Positions 11,401 through 26,400 of a stretch of DNA of 64,000 nt are shown one piece after another. The notes beneath the pieces were generated by a model. The model did no database searches and had not been told where the DNA came from. It was given only the letters and a program-made list of their open reading frames with translations. Location of the stretch: contig CAYWNT010000001.1 of the NCBI GenBank assembly GCA_964459725.1, positions 91,529 to 155,528 of the forward strand, in the 5' to 3' direction. The stretch's first letter is position 1, and every line of letters begins with the position of its first letter. The position numbers and the translations under genes are program-made. The DNA is from an uncultured Gammaproteobacteria bacterium (lineage in GTDB: Bacteria; Patescibacteriota; Patescibacteriia; Patescibacteriales; UBA12075).

Positions 11401-14400
11401 GGAGATAATTCTACTACCACCAATCAGGTTTATGATTATAATTCAGGAACTGTGGTGGTTAAGAATTCATTCAATATTATTCATGTGATCCCAGGCTCTG
11501 ACTATGCAGAATTGGAGAGTGCCAATGCTAATACTCCGGTTACGGTCCGTCTAAATACAAAAAATAGCAATGCTACAGCCCAGGGTGGTATGTCAGCAGA
11601 GCTCATGATTACTTATGCTTACAGCAGTGAGTCAGATGGATACCTAGCATCACTTAGCATATTTGGTGGTCAGACCACATCAGACGAGAGTACAGATTTT
11701 AGGAACTCTACTTCGTCAACAGCTAGCTTAATTGCTCCAGAAATGAAGTCTAAGAAAACTATGATTGGGGCCGGTATTTTATCAAGCTATCTTTACTCAG
11801 ATAGCGATGGAGGAGTAAATACTGGCTATACAATAGATTCTAATATCGCTCTCAGTTCTCCGGTATGTTCAAACTCTTTTGAGGCCTGGGCGGATGGTAC
11901 TAATAGTTTTACAGAGTATTATCAGGATGTATTGTCTGTATTAACCGTGGATCATGATCAGTCATACGAGACTTGTTTTTCAAATGATGGCGGAGGAGAC
12001 GGAGCTTCAGGTGGAGCTAAGGCAAATGCTGAGCTAATTTACACCTACTCTTATAATGATCCTCAGGATGTTTCAGTGGATGCTTATGCCCAGTACAAGA
12101 GTGATGGATCTACCCAGATAAGTAATGGAACTTATACCAATGAAAATCAAGTCATACTCTCAGCTCTAGGAAGTGATATTTACGGATCTGAGGATTTCAA
12201 TTTCTATTTTGAATTATTAGATTATAGCGGAAGTTTTGAAACAGACACCACAGAGCCAGTTGGGGCTTGCTCGTATGGTGATTCTTATGCTGGTTGTGGA
12301 GGCAAGATCTGGACAGTAGCAGCTACTTCTTCTCAGTCAGACTGGTACGATCAAAACTGGCTATACAGAAAAACTCTTACCATTGATGCTAGTCAGGTTG
12401 TGGGAAATGAAACTGATTTCGTGGCTTTGGCTACTACTACTGACTCTAATCTTCTTTCTTATGCTAGAAGTGACGGATTTGATATTTTGTTTACAGAGTC
12501 AGACGGGCAAACTAGACTGGATCATGAAAGAGTGTCTTACTCCTCCACAACTGGAGAGTTGATTGTCTGGATTGAAACCGATATATCAAGCACGTCTGAT
12601 ACTGATCTGTTTATGTATTATGGAAATCCGGCAAGCACAGATCAGTCTACCACAACCGGTACTTGGTCAAATGGATTTGAGGCTGTTTGGCACATGGAGG
12701 TTTCGCCTGATGGCACTAGTGATGAAATAGTGGATAGCACAGGAAATGGTAATGATGGTACAAGTTACAACATGGATGGAACTAATCAAAATTCTGACAC
12801 GATTGGTAGCTCATTGAATTTTGACGGAACTAGTGAGTATATTGCCCTAAACACAAATTACACCGGAGCAGGATCAATATCAGAGCTTACAGTCTGTGCC
12901 TGGTTTAATACTTCTTTTTCTGGAGGTGCTTATAATGATAACTGGGCGTTATTAGATTTTGACAGAAGTGACTATTTTGATTTTTATGTTCGAGGAGATA
13001 CAGGTGCTCTTGAGTTTTCTACATCTGATGGAACTGTCGATGACTTTATAGGTAACACATCAGGACATAATGATGGCAATTGGCATTATGGTTGTGCGGT
13101 TTATGACGGCACTGACAAGTATCTCTATATTGATGGTAATCCAGATGGAATTGATCTAAATTCCCATGGAGGAAGTGGGCTCGGTACTGCCAATACAAGA
13201 TATGGATTTATCGCTGATGGATCAGAAGCAACAACCTTTAATGGAGGTAGGAATGCTTTTTACTACGAAGGTGATATTGATGAGATGCAGTATTCTCTGA
13301 CCACCAGAGGGCCAAATTGGATAAAGACTAGTTTTAATAATCAAAAAAGCGCTGACAGTTTTGTAGGCTTTGGTTCTCAGGAGATTGGAGTATTCTCAAC
13401 TGAAGCAAAAGTAGCAATCACCAGCATCCCTGATTCTGACACAGGTTATAAATGGCAGGCCCTGGCGTGTAATGCTTCAAGCACTTGTAGCGCTTGGGAT
13501 GACTTTGATGTTCCACCGAATTTTTATATCGACACTACACCTCCTGATGCGCCTGGAAATTTAACGCTCGACTCAAAAACGACCAGAACAGCAACTCTAA
13601 ACTTTGGCTTTGAGTCAGATGATGCGCATTTCAGCCATTATCAAATATTCTACAAGGAAGGAACAAGCGGAGCTACAACTGATGACATAGAACACGTGGA
13701 TTCAAATCTAAACTACAAGAACTATTATGGAGCAAGTGACACTACCTTGACCGGGCTAGAGCCAGACACTAATTATGTTGTAAATATTTGGGCTTATGAT
13801 TCAGCTGGTAATAAAACTCCGGCAGCCACAGAGCTCACCTTTATGACTAATCCGGCACCGCGAGCCAAGACTGTGCAATTCTTGGCCGGAACATATAGCG
13901 CCGATGGAAGCACTGGTCAAAACACTGACACGAAATATGTTTATCCAACCTTTAATTTTAAGTTAGTTGAGAATGATGTTTATATAAGCAATGCCTATAT
14001 TGTTTTTGAGCCAATGTTTGAGGCCTATGCTGACAATGCAGGCAACTACACTGGGTATGATATAGCGTTTGATGTTTGTCAGGAGCCATGTACTGCTAAT
14101 GCGAGTTCATCTGCTGACATGATAGAGAAAAATAGCACATCAGTACTTGCCTACAACGAAACTGAAAGTAATGTGGCTAGAATTTTATTTGATGTAACAA
14201 ATGAAGCTCAAATGGTGGCCTATACTGGGGAAAGTGTGGAGCTGGAAGCTCAGTTCGCTTATCAGTTAAACAAGGGGTCAATCGAAAATTCCATTTCAGC
14301 TACCAAGGCCACTTTAGTAGTTACTTATACCTATGATGATACTTCACCTTCGTTTACAAACACTGTAATATATCCGCTTGAGTCCATGGGTTCTGGAGAT

Positions 14401-17400
14401 AGTGGCTCCAGACAGGCAGTTCAGACTGATGATTGTTCTCTGGATTCAGATTGTCCTTTGTTTTTCTATAATATGGACCTAGTAGAGTACTCAGCTGGAG
14501 CTAGTGGAAGACTTTCTCAGTGGTTCCAGACTTATAATCTAAATGATGCTCATGGAGCAAATGATATTTATATAAATGTGAATATTGAGGGAGATGATGC
14601 CACCTCTTCTACTTATATTCATGAAGCAGCTAATGGTGCAGAGCAAAATAGCACACCAATGACCATCTTTAGCTCTGTATCAGGATTTATTGAAAATACT
14701 GATCAGTATTTAGAGTATCAAGCTTATGACCCAACTGCTGGAGGTAATTATTATATGATTGGTGGCGAAGTTTTTGAGACCTATATTGCTTCTAGTTCAG
14801 CCAGCTCCAAGACCAGAACAGTGAGTTTCCCTATTGGAGTAATAAATAACGGACTGACAACAGCTACTACGACCGGGGCCGTAGATGTTTATTTCCCTGA
14901 AAATGGTTTATCAACTGGAAATGTTACCATCAAAAAAGCCTGGTTGAGAATGAAGAGTAATAACTATCTTGATGGATCAAATTCAATTAATATTGAAACG
15001 CAGGTGGGAGATAATGCTTCAAGCACTAACCTTGTTTATGACTATGTGTTTGGATCAAATATTGTAAAACCATCTTTTGATATTGTTCATGTGGTTCCAG
15101 GTTCTGACTATACTGAAATGGCAAGAGCGAATGTAAACACTCCAAAAAGAATTAATGTAGCTACTAGTAATACCAATGCCAATCAGGGTGGTATGTCAGC
15201 AGAGCTCATGATCACTTATATCTACACTGATGAGACAGAAGGGTATCTGACATCACTGAGTATTCTGGCAGGTCAGTCTGATGATGATTCCAATAGTCAG
15301 AATTCAACTACTAACTTTACTTCAATCTTACCTGAGTCAAGTGGGGCAAAAACTGTTCTTGGGGCTGCTTTACTTTCTAGTTATTTGCAGACTGATAGTG
15401 ATGGTGGAGTGACAGGTGCTCAGGGTCTAGTGGGGTCAAACATTGCTACCAGTTCTCCGGTTTGTTCAAACACATATAATTCTCGTGCTGATGGCATGAA
15501 TGGATTTGTAGAATATTATAACAATGTGACTGCCTCACTACTTACTACCCATAACCAAACTTATGAGGCTTGCTTCTCAAGTAATGGTCACACTGACACT
15601 TCAGGTGGTGCTAAGATGAATGGTCAGTTGGTCTATACTTACCAGTATTATGTTCCTCAGAATTTACTATTAACAATTGATAATCAGTACAAAGCAGATA
15701 ATGTATCAGTAATTCCAAATGGGGACTGGACTAATGAGTCAGAGGTAAATCTCAAGGCTTCCGCAGTTGATACTAGCGCCAGTTCTACTTATGTAGATTT
15801 CTTTTTCCAGACAATTCCTTCAGGCAGTTCATTCTCAACCACTTCAAAACCAACTGAGTACTGTGCTGACGGTACAGCTTATTCAAGTTGCTCTTCCAAG
15901 ATTTGGGCTGCTTCAACATCTCTTAGTACTGCCGCAGAATGGTATGATAGTGATTGGCTATACAGAAAGAAGCTAACAATAAATGCCACCAAGGTAGTGT
16001 CAAATGAAACTGACTTTCCTGTTTTTGCCTCAACTACACATTCTGACTTTGCTCATACCGATCACGCTGGTCATGTAGCTAGTTCGAGTGGGGCAGATAT
16101 CATGATTACTGCCTCAGATGGAACAACAGTGCTTAACTACGAGAGAGAGGTTTATGCCTCATCCACTGGACGATTAGGGCTTTGGATAAAAACAGATATA
16201 TCGTCTACTACAAATACAGAGCTTTATATTTATTATGGAAATTCTTCTGTGGTCTTAGATCAGGCTACAACAACAGGTGTTTGGGATGATGATTATGATA
16301 ATGTCTGGCATTTAAGTGAGGTTCCAGATGGGTCTTCTGATGAGATATTAGACAGCACAGGAAAGGGAGGGGATGGTACAACCTATGGAGCCATGGATGC
16401 AGCAGACTCTATCGAGGGACTTGGTGGTAAGGCCCTGGATTTTGATGGAGGCAGTGACTATGTAGCGCTAAATTCAAGTTTTTCTGGAGCCGGGTCAATA
16501 TCAGAGATGACTGTTTGTAATTGGTTTAATACCACTTGGAATGGAACTGGTTTTACTGATAATTGGGCTTTTCTTGACTATGATAGAAGTGAATATTTTA
16601 ACTTTTATTTAGCTGGAGATACTGACACCTTAGAGTTCTCTACCAGTGATGGCTCAATGGATGATTTTGTTGGGAATACTTCCGGATTGAATGACGGAAC
16701 CTGGCATTATGGATGTGCTGTGTATGATGGAACAGACAAGCACATTTATCTTGATGGAAATCCAGATGGAACACAGTTAGATCCACATGGGGGAAGTGCT
16801 CTAGGAACAGCCAATACTCGTTATGGATTTATCGGTGATGGATCAGAGGCAACAACTGCAAACGGAACTAGAAATAATATTTATTATCAAGGAAAAATTG
16901 ATGAAGTGCATTATTCTAGTGTGGCCAGAACTCCTGCCTGGATCAAGACTTCATTTAATAATCAGTCAGACGCTCCGACCTTTATTTCTTTCTCATCAAC
17001 AGAGGAGTCATACTCATCACCTTCTGTAAGTGGAGAAGTAAATATTACTTCTATCCCTGATAGTGCGACAGGTTATAAGTGGCAAGCTATGGCCTGCAAT
17101 GATGAGGATACCTGTTCTGAGTGGAAATTCTTTGATACAGCTCCAAACTTCCTGGTGGATTCAACCCCACCAACCACTCCTGGAGACCTGACTCTGTCAA
17201 CTACCACTGCTACAAGTTTCACAGTTAATTTTGGGGCTACTACGACTGAAGATAATTTCTCTACCTATAAGATTTTTTATAAGCAAGGACTTTCCGGAGT
17301 AGATGAAAATGACACAGAGCTTACAGACTCTAACCTAACTAATATTTTGTACAATGGAGCAACAAGTACAATTATCACAGGGCTTTCAGCCTATACTCAG

Positions 17401-20400
17401 TATGTGGTAAATATTTGGGCTTACGATTTAGCTGGAAATAAAACCGCAGCTACAGAGTTACAAATTATGACCGCGGAGGCTCCTCATGCCAGATCGAGAA
17501 CAGTAATGTTCCATGCAGGAAGTTTTTCTGGAACCGGGGCTACTGGTAAAAACTCTGATGAGGATAACGCCTTTAGCACATTTAATTTCCAGTTAGCTGA
17601 AACAGATGTTGATATTAGAAATGCTTATATAATATTCGAGGCGCAGTATGAAGCCTATGCTAATAATGCTGGTGACTACACTGGTTATGAGCTGATGTTT
17701 GATTCTTGTGCTGAGCCTTGTACGGCTGATGCTTTGACCGGGACAGATAGACTCTCAAAGACTGATAGCAATGTCCTCTCTTATGATGAAACAGAAAGTA
17801 ATCAAATCAGATTATTATTTGATGTAACTTCAGAAACTCAAATAGCAGCATATGGAGGAGACAATAGTCAGCTAGAAGCCCAGGTTGGATATAGTATCAA
17901 TAGAGGGACTTTGGTAAACTCCATCGCCAATGCCAAGGCGACTTTGGTTGTGACCTATGCTTATGATAGTGATAACTCAACAAACTATACCAACACTGTT
18001 ATCTATCCTTTAGAGTCAACCGCTGTGGGAGATACCGGTACAAAACAAGTTCAACAAAATGATGATTGTGTGTTAGACAGCAGCTGTCCTCTGTTTGATT
18101 ATAATATGGAGGTTCCTGAAATTGATACAGATTTAGGAGATTGGTTTGAAATGTATGGATTAAATGACAATGCAGGAGGAAATGATTTGAATATAACTGT
18201 TAATATTGAATCAGTAGATGTAGATAGTGATGTATACATTCATGAATCAGCCCTTGGAGGTGATCAGTCAGTGCTTCCTAAAATGATTTTTGATTCTGTT
18301 TGGGGCTTTAATGAAAACTCTGATCAGATATTGGAATACCATATGTATGATCCAACTGGTGGAGGAGCTTTCTTCTTGCTGGGTGGAGAGGTGGTTGATA
18401 CTTACACAGCCCCAGTGAACGCTACCACAAAAACCAGAACAGTTAGTTTTCCAATGGGAGTATTAACAGACGGGCAAACCACATCTCTTGCTTCTACCTC
18501 AATCGATGTGTACCTGCCGGAGAATGGATCAGGATCTGGAGTGGTTAGTGTCAAGAAGGCCTGGTTTAGAATTAAGGGAAGTGTATATGATGCCGGAACT
18601 TTGGCAGACGTCACTGTTTCGAGCAAGTTCGGAGACAATATTTTATCTGGCGATGAGGTTTATTATCTACGTCCGGGAAGTACGGTAGTTAAACCATCAT
18701 TTACGATTATTCATGTAGCATCAACAACTGATTTCACCGAGCTGGATCTGGCCAATGGAACTACTCCAAAAGAGGTGGTATTAAACGTTACAAATAGTAA
18801 TGCAAATCTTGGCGGCGTGTCGGCGGAACTCATGATTACCTATACATACACCAGTGAGGCTAATGGTTATCTAACAAGTTTAAATTTATTTGGAGGTCAG
18901 TCTGACTTGGACGGGAACTCTACAAGTGATACTCAGTCAGCAGCACTTTCCGTATTTCCAGAACTCCGTGGTGTAGAGACAGTTCGAGCAGCCGGTCTCC
19001 TTTCTAGTTATTTAATCAATGATAGTGACTTTGGAGTTCCTGCCGGATGGTTCTTGTCAGACACTAATATTTCTACTGGTACTCCAAGTTGCAGTGATAG
19101 TTATGGCACCAGAACTGATGGAATGAATGGCTTTACAGAGATGTATAAAAATGTATTTTTAAGCGTTGATAATATTGATCAGCAAGCATTTACAACTTGT
19201 TTCTCAATAAGTAATGCTGACTTGTCAGCCGGGGCGAAAATGAATAGTCAGTTTATCTATACTTATCAGTGGAATGGACCACCAACAGAGTTTACCCAGA
19301 CTAATTGGCGTTGGTATGAAAATATCGATAATATTACAGCATCAAGTTCTCTGGCAGCGGAAAAAACAGCTATTACTGGAGTGGATATAGGAGAAGCACT
19401 CAGACTCAGAATGAATATTGGTGTAGCAAATGAAAATCTGGCAATTTCTTCCCAGACATTTAAGTTAGAGTACCTGCTTGGATCAGATTGTTCTACTTCT
19501 ACCGGATGGACAGATGTAGGCGGTTTGGCAGGAAGTGAAGACTGGATTGGCTATAATAATCCAGATCCAGTTGATGGAGCAACTCTTCCTTCAGTGCTTC
19601 TTAGCGATTCAGATGTGGCTGAAACTTATGAGGAAAAAAATAACACATCAGTAAACCCTAATGCCTTAATGGTGGGAGAGTATGGTGAGTGGGATTGGGT
19701 AATCTATAATAACTCAGCAAGCTCTACTTCAGATTATTGCTTTAGAACAGTGAAGGGAGATGGTAGTGAGTTAGATGATTACTTAGGAGATTCTTATCCA
19801 AAACTAACTACAAACAAGTCCAATACTCAGCCTGAGGATGCTAGCTCCTTAGCTCAGTTCAGAGGTGATGGCACTACACAGATACCTAATGCAAGCTGGA
19901 TAAACGAAAATGATGTTAACTTGGTGGCAGGGGCAATTGATCCCAATATTAATGAAGTCATCACACTTTATTATGAATTAGTGCCAAATGCTAGTTCTAC
20001 TCTAACTGCTACTTCAGTGCCTATTGGGGCTTGCTCATCAGGCACTGCTTATGATTCTTGTTCTAGTAAGGTGTGGTATGTGACTTCTTCTCAGGGGGAT
20101 TATAGGACAGTGCCTTTCATAGGCACAACCAGTATTATAACTATTCCTGATAGCACCGCTGGTTATAAGTGGCAGGTTCTTGCTTGTGATGATGATAATG
20201 AATGTTCTTCCTGGGTAACTCCGGCATCAAATCCGAATTTCAAGATTGATACTATTGCCCCAACCATTCCTGGCGCCCTGATCGCTACTTCTGTTGCAGC
20301 TACCAGTATTACCTTAGAATTTGGAGCCACTACCACTGAGGACAATTTTGATACTTATAAATTATTCTATAAGCTAGGAACGTCCGGGGTTACTGAAACA

Positions 20401-23400
20401 GATAATGAATCAACAGATCCAAATTTAGAGAATATTTTATATAATGGTGCTGCTACTACAACAGTTATAAATTTATCTGCAAACTCTACTTATGTATTTA
20501 ATATCTGGGCTTATGACTTGGCAGGTAATAGCTCTAGTTCTACAATTGAAACATCCACTTCGACACTTAGCTCTTTTACAGCGCCAACTGCTGCTTTAGT
20601 CGATGTATCTCAGAAGACTGATGGGACAGGGGCGGTAGATATCGCTATCAGGGTAGATGACCTTGATAATGATGATGCTTTACGAGCCAAGGTGCTGTAT
20701 GCTGCTGGAGCAGGTTGTGTTTTTGGAGCTGGAAGTGATCCTACTCTGGACGAAACAGATGATAATATTACAGCTACTTACGGAGACCCTGATATCTACA
20801 ATAGTCAGGAATTCCAGGTTGGTTCGTCGTCTAATTGGATTATTACCTCTCCGGGGGAAAACTATGTATTATTTGACTGGCTAAGTAAAACAGAATCAAA
20901 TGGCTCTGATGGAACTTATTGTATTGGGTTGGTAGTTAGTGATGGAATGTTTACTATTGCCACCAGAACTCGACTCTTTATTCTAGATAATAAAGCCCCA
21001 AATGCTCCTGGAGCTTTAACTCTAGAAAATAAAGATTTCGACAGTGTAAAATTACAATTTGGATCACAAAGTAGCGATACTCGTTTTGATAGATATAGAA
21101 TATTTTACAAAGAAGCCGTAAGCGGTGTAGTTGAATCAGATACCGAGCACAATGATTCAAATTTGGCCTACGATGATTATAATGGTGCCACCACAACTGA
21201 AATCACCGGACTTTCACCTAACACCGAGTACGTCTTTAATATCTGGGCATATGACACAAGAGGAAATAGTACCAGCTCTGTTGAAATTAACGTAAAGACA
21301 AATGCAGTACCAACTAGTATTTTAGCAGATAACCAATTTAAAATTGATGAAGTAACAGCAGTTTCTAATAATACTTGGACAGATGAAGATAGTATAGTGC
21401 TTAGTGCTTCAGTTCATGACCAGGATGTGGCCGATGAAATAACTTTCTTTTATGAGTTAAGAGATGATAGTTCTTCCTTTTCCAGCCCAGCTACTGCTCC
21501 GGTCAATCCATGTGCTTCTTCTACTACGTATGCGGCTTGTTCAAATAAAATTTGGGCAGCCTCAACTACAAATCAGGTATTGCCGGCAAGTTGGCTTGGT
21601 TCAGATTGGCTCTACAGGAAGCAGCTCACAGTTAACTCAAGCCAGGTTGACTCAACAGAGAATAATTACCCGGTACTAGTAAATATAACTGATAGTGATT
21701 TAGCTCAAGACGCTAGATCTGATGGATTGGATATTGTCTTTACTAGTGATAATGGTACTTCTACTCTTAATTATGAAATAGAAAATTATAACTCTGGAAC
21801 AGGAGAGATTTCAGCTTGGATAGAGGGAGATGTTTCATCTACTACGGATTTAAATTTCTACATGTATTATGGCAATGGTGCAAATACCACGGATTATTCA
21901 ACTACTACTGGAGTTTGGGATAATGACTTTGTAGGAGTTTGGCATTTGGATGAAACAGTAGTAGATGAGTCAACAGCAGTAAACGCTCATTATGACTCTA
22001 CGGTTAATAATCAAAACGGTGATCAGGATGGAAACAATGAGCTAGCTGGTCAAGTTTATAGGGGTCAGGAATTTGACGGAGATGATTCAATTGATATTGG
22101 CAATGATCAATTGCTTGATATCGAGGATGATATCACTTTGTCAGCCTGGATGTATGTTGATGGTGAAACAACCTGGAAATACATTAGAAATATCACTCTT
22201 TCTCCTGCTACACCAGTTGATGACTATCAGATTAGAATAGAGCTAACGCCATCTAACTTTGATTACTCCAAGGCGAATATTGATGGATCTGATTTGCGTT
22301 TTTATGACAGCTCAGACACTTTGCTTGATTACTATATTGGCGCCTGGGACACAGCCGCTACATCTACTGTCTATGTCAAGGTAGAAAACTCTGGATCAAC
22401 TGCAATAGTGATGCACTATGGAAATGCTTCTGCCAGCTCCCTATCTGACGCTACCAGCACTTTTGAGTTCTATGAAAACTTCGAAGATGGTAGCATCAGT
22501 GATTGGACTACTTATGGGTCTGGTGATGTACAGATTTACTCAGGAGGATTTGATGGATCAGGATATGCAATTGAGAAGATCAACAATGGAGATCCTGCTG
22601 GTGGTTATAAGTCGTTAGGATTTACAATTGATGATTACGAATTGATTGCTAAGACCAATAAATACATGACTGCCAACCAGCTCAGAATGGGACTGGAAGA
22701 CAGTAGCCATAATGGTTATTCTTTGCAATTGACTAACCCATTTGGAGCCGGAAATCAAGCTATTGAAACTCGTACAGCAGGAACTGGAGGCAATGGAGAT
22801 GTGGCTAGTCAGGCTTTTTCTCCTTGGCTTGATGAATGGAGAGAGGTCAGACTTAGAAGATTTGGAGCTAATAATTTGGAATTTGATGTTTATACTGCCT
22901 CTGGAACAACATTACTTCAATCTGTAAGCGGAACTGACTCAACATACACATCCAATTTTGACAGAGTAGTAATCCATGGAGGTTTACCATACTTGGTTGA
23001 TGATATTATGATTAGGAAGTATTCGGCAAATGATCCGGCTATAACAATAGGAGAGGAGATTGGCGGAGGATTAGGCAAGCTGGGTTCATTTGGAATTTAT
23101 GCTAATCAAGCTTCAACCACAGCTCTTATTAATGGAACTTCAGTAAATGCTGGAGCAATATCTGATTGGAGTTTGGTAACAATGACTTACGACAAGGACG
23201 CGGCTAGCAATAACCTGAAATTATACATTGATGGAGTATTAGCAGCTAGCACAAACTACACTCAGTCAATCGGCACATCTTCAGCAGAATTGTTATTTGG
23301 TAATATGTTTGTTGGTCGATTGGACGAGGTTCAGCTGTCTAGCGCTGTTCGTTCTGCTTCTTGGATTAAGACAGCATATAATAATCAGAATAATCCGAGC

Positions 23401-26400
23401 AGCTTTATAACGGTAAGCAGTGAATCAAGAGTTGTTTCATACTTCGAGTCAATACTAGCTATCCAGCTACCAGAATCTCCTGATGTAAACTCAGGATATA
23501 AGTGGCAAGTAATGGCTTGTGACGATGATGATGATTGTTCATCCTGGACAAGCTTCAATCCGACTGTTCCGAATTTTAAGGTGGATACTATTTCACCGAC
23601 CACTCCGGGAGCCTTGAGCATGAGATCCAGATCAAGTAATTCTATTTCTTTGAATTTTGGTTCACAAACTACAGAAACTAATTTTTCTGAATATAGAATA
23701 TTCTACGCCACCAGTACGGCAGTTTCTGAGACTAGTTATGAGCTCATCGATGCAGATTTAGGATTTATTGATTATAATTCTACAACTTTTACCAGTGTTT
23801 CAGGGCTCACCCCGGACACTGATTATTATTTCAATATTTTTGCTTATGATGAGGTTGGTCATGTAGCCAGTTCGACCATAGTCAATATCAAGACCACAAT
23901 CCCTGTCTCAACTCCTGGTGTTAGTTTTTATCATAAAGGGGATCGTGTTCTCTACTATAAGATTTGGGACGGAACTGATTGGAGTACAGAGCAAACCGGA
24001 CCAACATTAGGAAGTGCTGCCGGAGATGATATCCGTCATATCAGGACGCTCAGAAGCGATGATGGATCCAAGATTGCTGTTTTGGCCAGAACTTCAGATG
24101 GAGGTTCACAAGAGTTCTGGGCAACAGTCTATCAATTTGCAGCAGATAGCTTTGTAAACACTTCTCAGCTTGGCTCAGCTCAAGCAGGAACAAATAACGA
24201 GCAGCTTATGTCTGGTTGTCTTGGGTCGTTGTCTGGAGGAGAGTTCTTTGTAGTTAGAAACAATAACGCGGCAGACGGCACCTTGGTATACTCATGGGAT
24301 TCTTCTGGATGGACAACTGAGGCAGCAGGACCAGATCCTATAGCAGTTTTGGCTAATTGTAAATTGGTACGTAGACCTGGAACGGATAATTATATTTTAT
24401 TAACTCATGATGATGACAATGACACTGGAACGGCTTACTACTATGGAGGTTCAACATACTCTAATAGTTGGACTCTCTGGACACAGCACTCAGGCACCGA
24501 GGAAGATCCTGATAATTTTGCCATTGATGCTTTCTTTGATGAGGGCGATAATACTCAAGGTGCCATTACTTATTCAGGTAGTGCTGCAAATTGGTATGGA
24601 ATTGGAAAGTACTTTATTGCCGGGGATAGTTCTCTGAATTTTGGTGCTACCGCCAATATGCCGACAGAGTGGACAGATGACTATGTGGATGGTGAATTTG
24701 CAGCTGACCCGGCAGGTTCTGGTATTGCTTATTTCATGGGAAGAGATGTTGATTATAGAGCTAGTGTTCTCCAGATTGATATAAGTTCTGGAGCGCCAGT
24801 CTGGTCAACTACAACTAATGGCACTAGTATTTCCGGAACCAATCTCTATCAGCATACCTTTGATTCTTTCAAGCCTTATGCAATTAACTTCTACAAAGAT
24901 AATAAAGGGTTAGCAATTTATAATGATCGAATCAATTCATTACCATATTATAGAATTATAAATGCAACTACTAATACTTTAGATGCAGCTAGCACCCAAG
25001 TTGAAGGGGCGACTAGTGATCTTTGGGTAAGAGTTAGAAGTTATAATGATCCACAGGAGGATGAATCCTTGATGTTGTTCCAAAATGATAATGAGGATTA
25101 CTATGCAGTATTTTGGAATGGCGGGAGTGAAAAGTTCTATAACACCGCAGATAATCCTAGCTCAAATCAGGTTTGGACTTCTATGGCGAGTGGCCTTACA
25201 GTAACCAATCCAGAAGATGAAAATGTTAGCTTTGCCTTTGCCGCCTATAACTCTCCACCATTATCTCCAACAGGATTAATGCAGTACAAGACGGATGCAT
25301 CAACCACTATAGCAAATACAGCCTGGACCAATGAATCTACAGTAAAGTTTGAAATATCTGCCAATGACCCTGATACAGCAGAAAATATTAGAGTCTTCCT
25401 TAATTTGGATACTGCTACCAGTACTTTCAGTTCTACTTCTACTATTCCTGATAATGCCTGTGCTTCTACCACTACTTTTTCTCTTTGTTCAAGTAAGATC
25501 TGGGAGGTTGCTTCGAGTACGGTTGGGGATTACAGTGTTACTCCTTTTGTTGCTACAGCAACGATTGCCGGTATTCCAGATTCATTTATTGTAACAGCAG
25601 GGTATAAGTGGCAAGCATTTTCTTGTGACGACGATGGCGAGTGTTCATCCTGGTCTGTGTTCAATGCCACAGTTCCAAACTTCAAGGTGGATACGGTTGT
25701 TCCCACTATTCCGGGTAGTTTATCAGTTGATAGTGTTACCAGCGATACTGTGACTTTGAGTTTTGGAGCTGAAACTAATGAAGATTATTTTAGTGAATAT
25801 AAATTATTTTATAAAGCGGGATTGTCAGGCGTAACAGATTTGGATTTAGAACATATTGATTCTGACTTGGGGTATATTAATTATAATGGTACCACTGATA
25901 CTACAGTAACCAGTCTGTCTTCTTCTACTCAGTATGTCTTTAATATTTTTGCTTACGATTTAGCAGGAAATGTAGCCAGCGCCACAGTGGAAGCTCTAGC
26001 TACTACCACAGCAGCAGCTAACCTGGTACAAGCTTCATACATCTTTGAAAATGACAATGCTAGTGATGTAAATAGTAATTCAGCCGCTGGAGCAATAGAT
26101 ACACAAATTAGTGATCTCCATATTGGCGAAAGAGTGTTGGCCAGAATTCAATTAGAGAATAATGGTGGAGACGAAGCAGCTAGCAAGAATTATGTCTTGC
26201 AATTCGAGAATCAAACAGATGATCCTGGAACCTGGACTGACATTGGCGCTGCTACGGAGCTAAGTTATTCAGAAGGACTATCTGGTGATAGTGGAGACTT
26301 TATTACTTCATTCAAGGCAGCGGCAAATGGCGCTAGTTGGATAAATGGTTATTGGTATGAAAATACTCACCAAACAACAAGCTTTACTATTTCTAACAAC

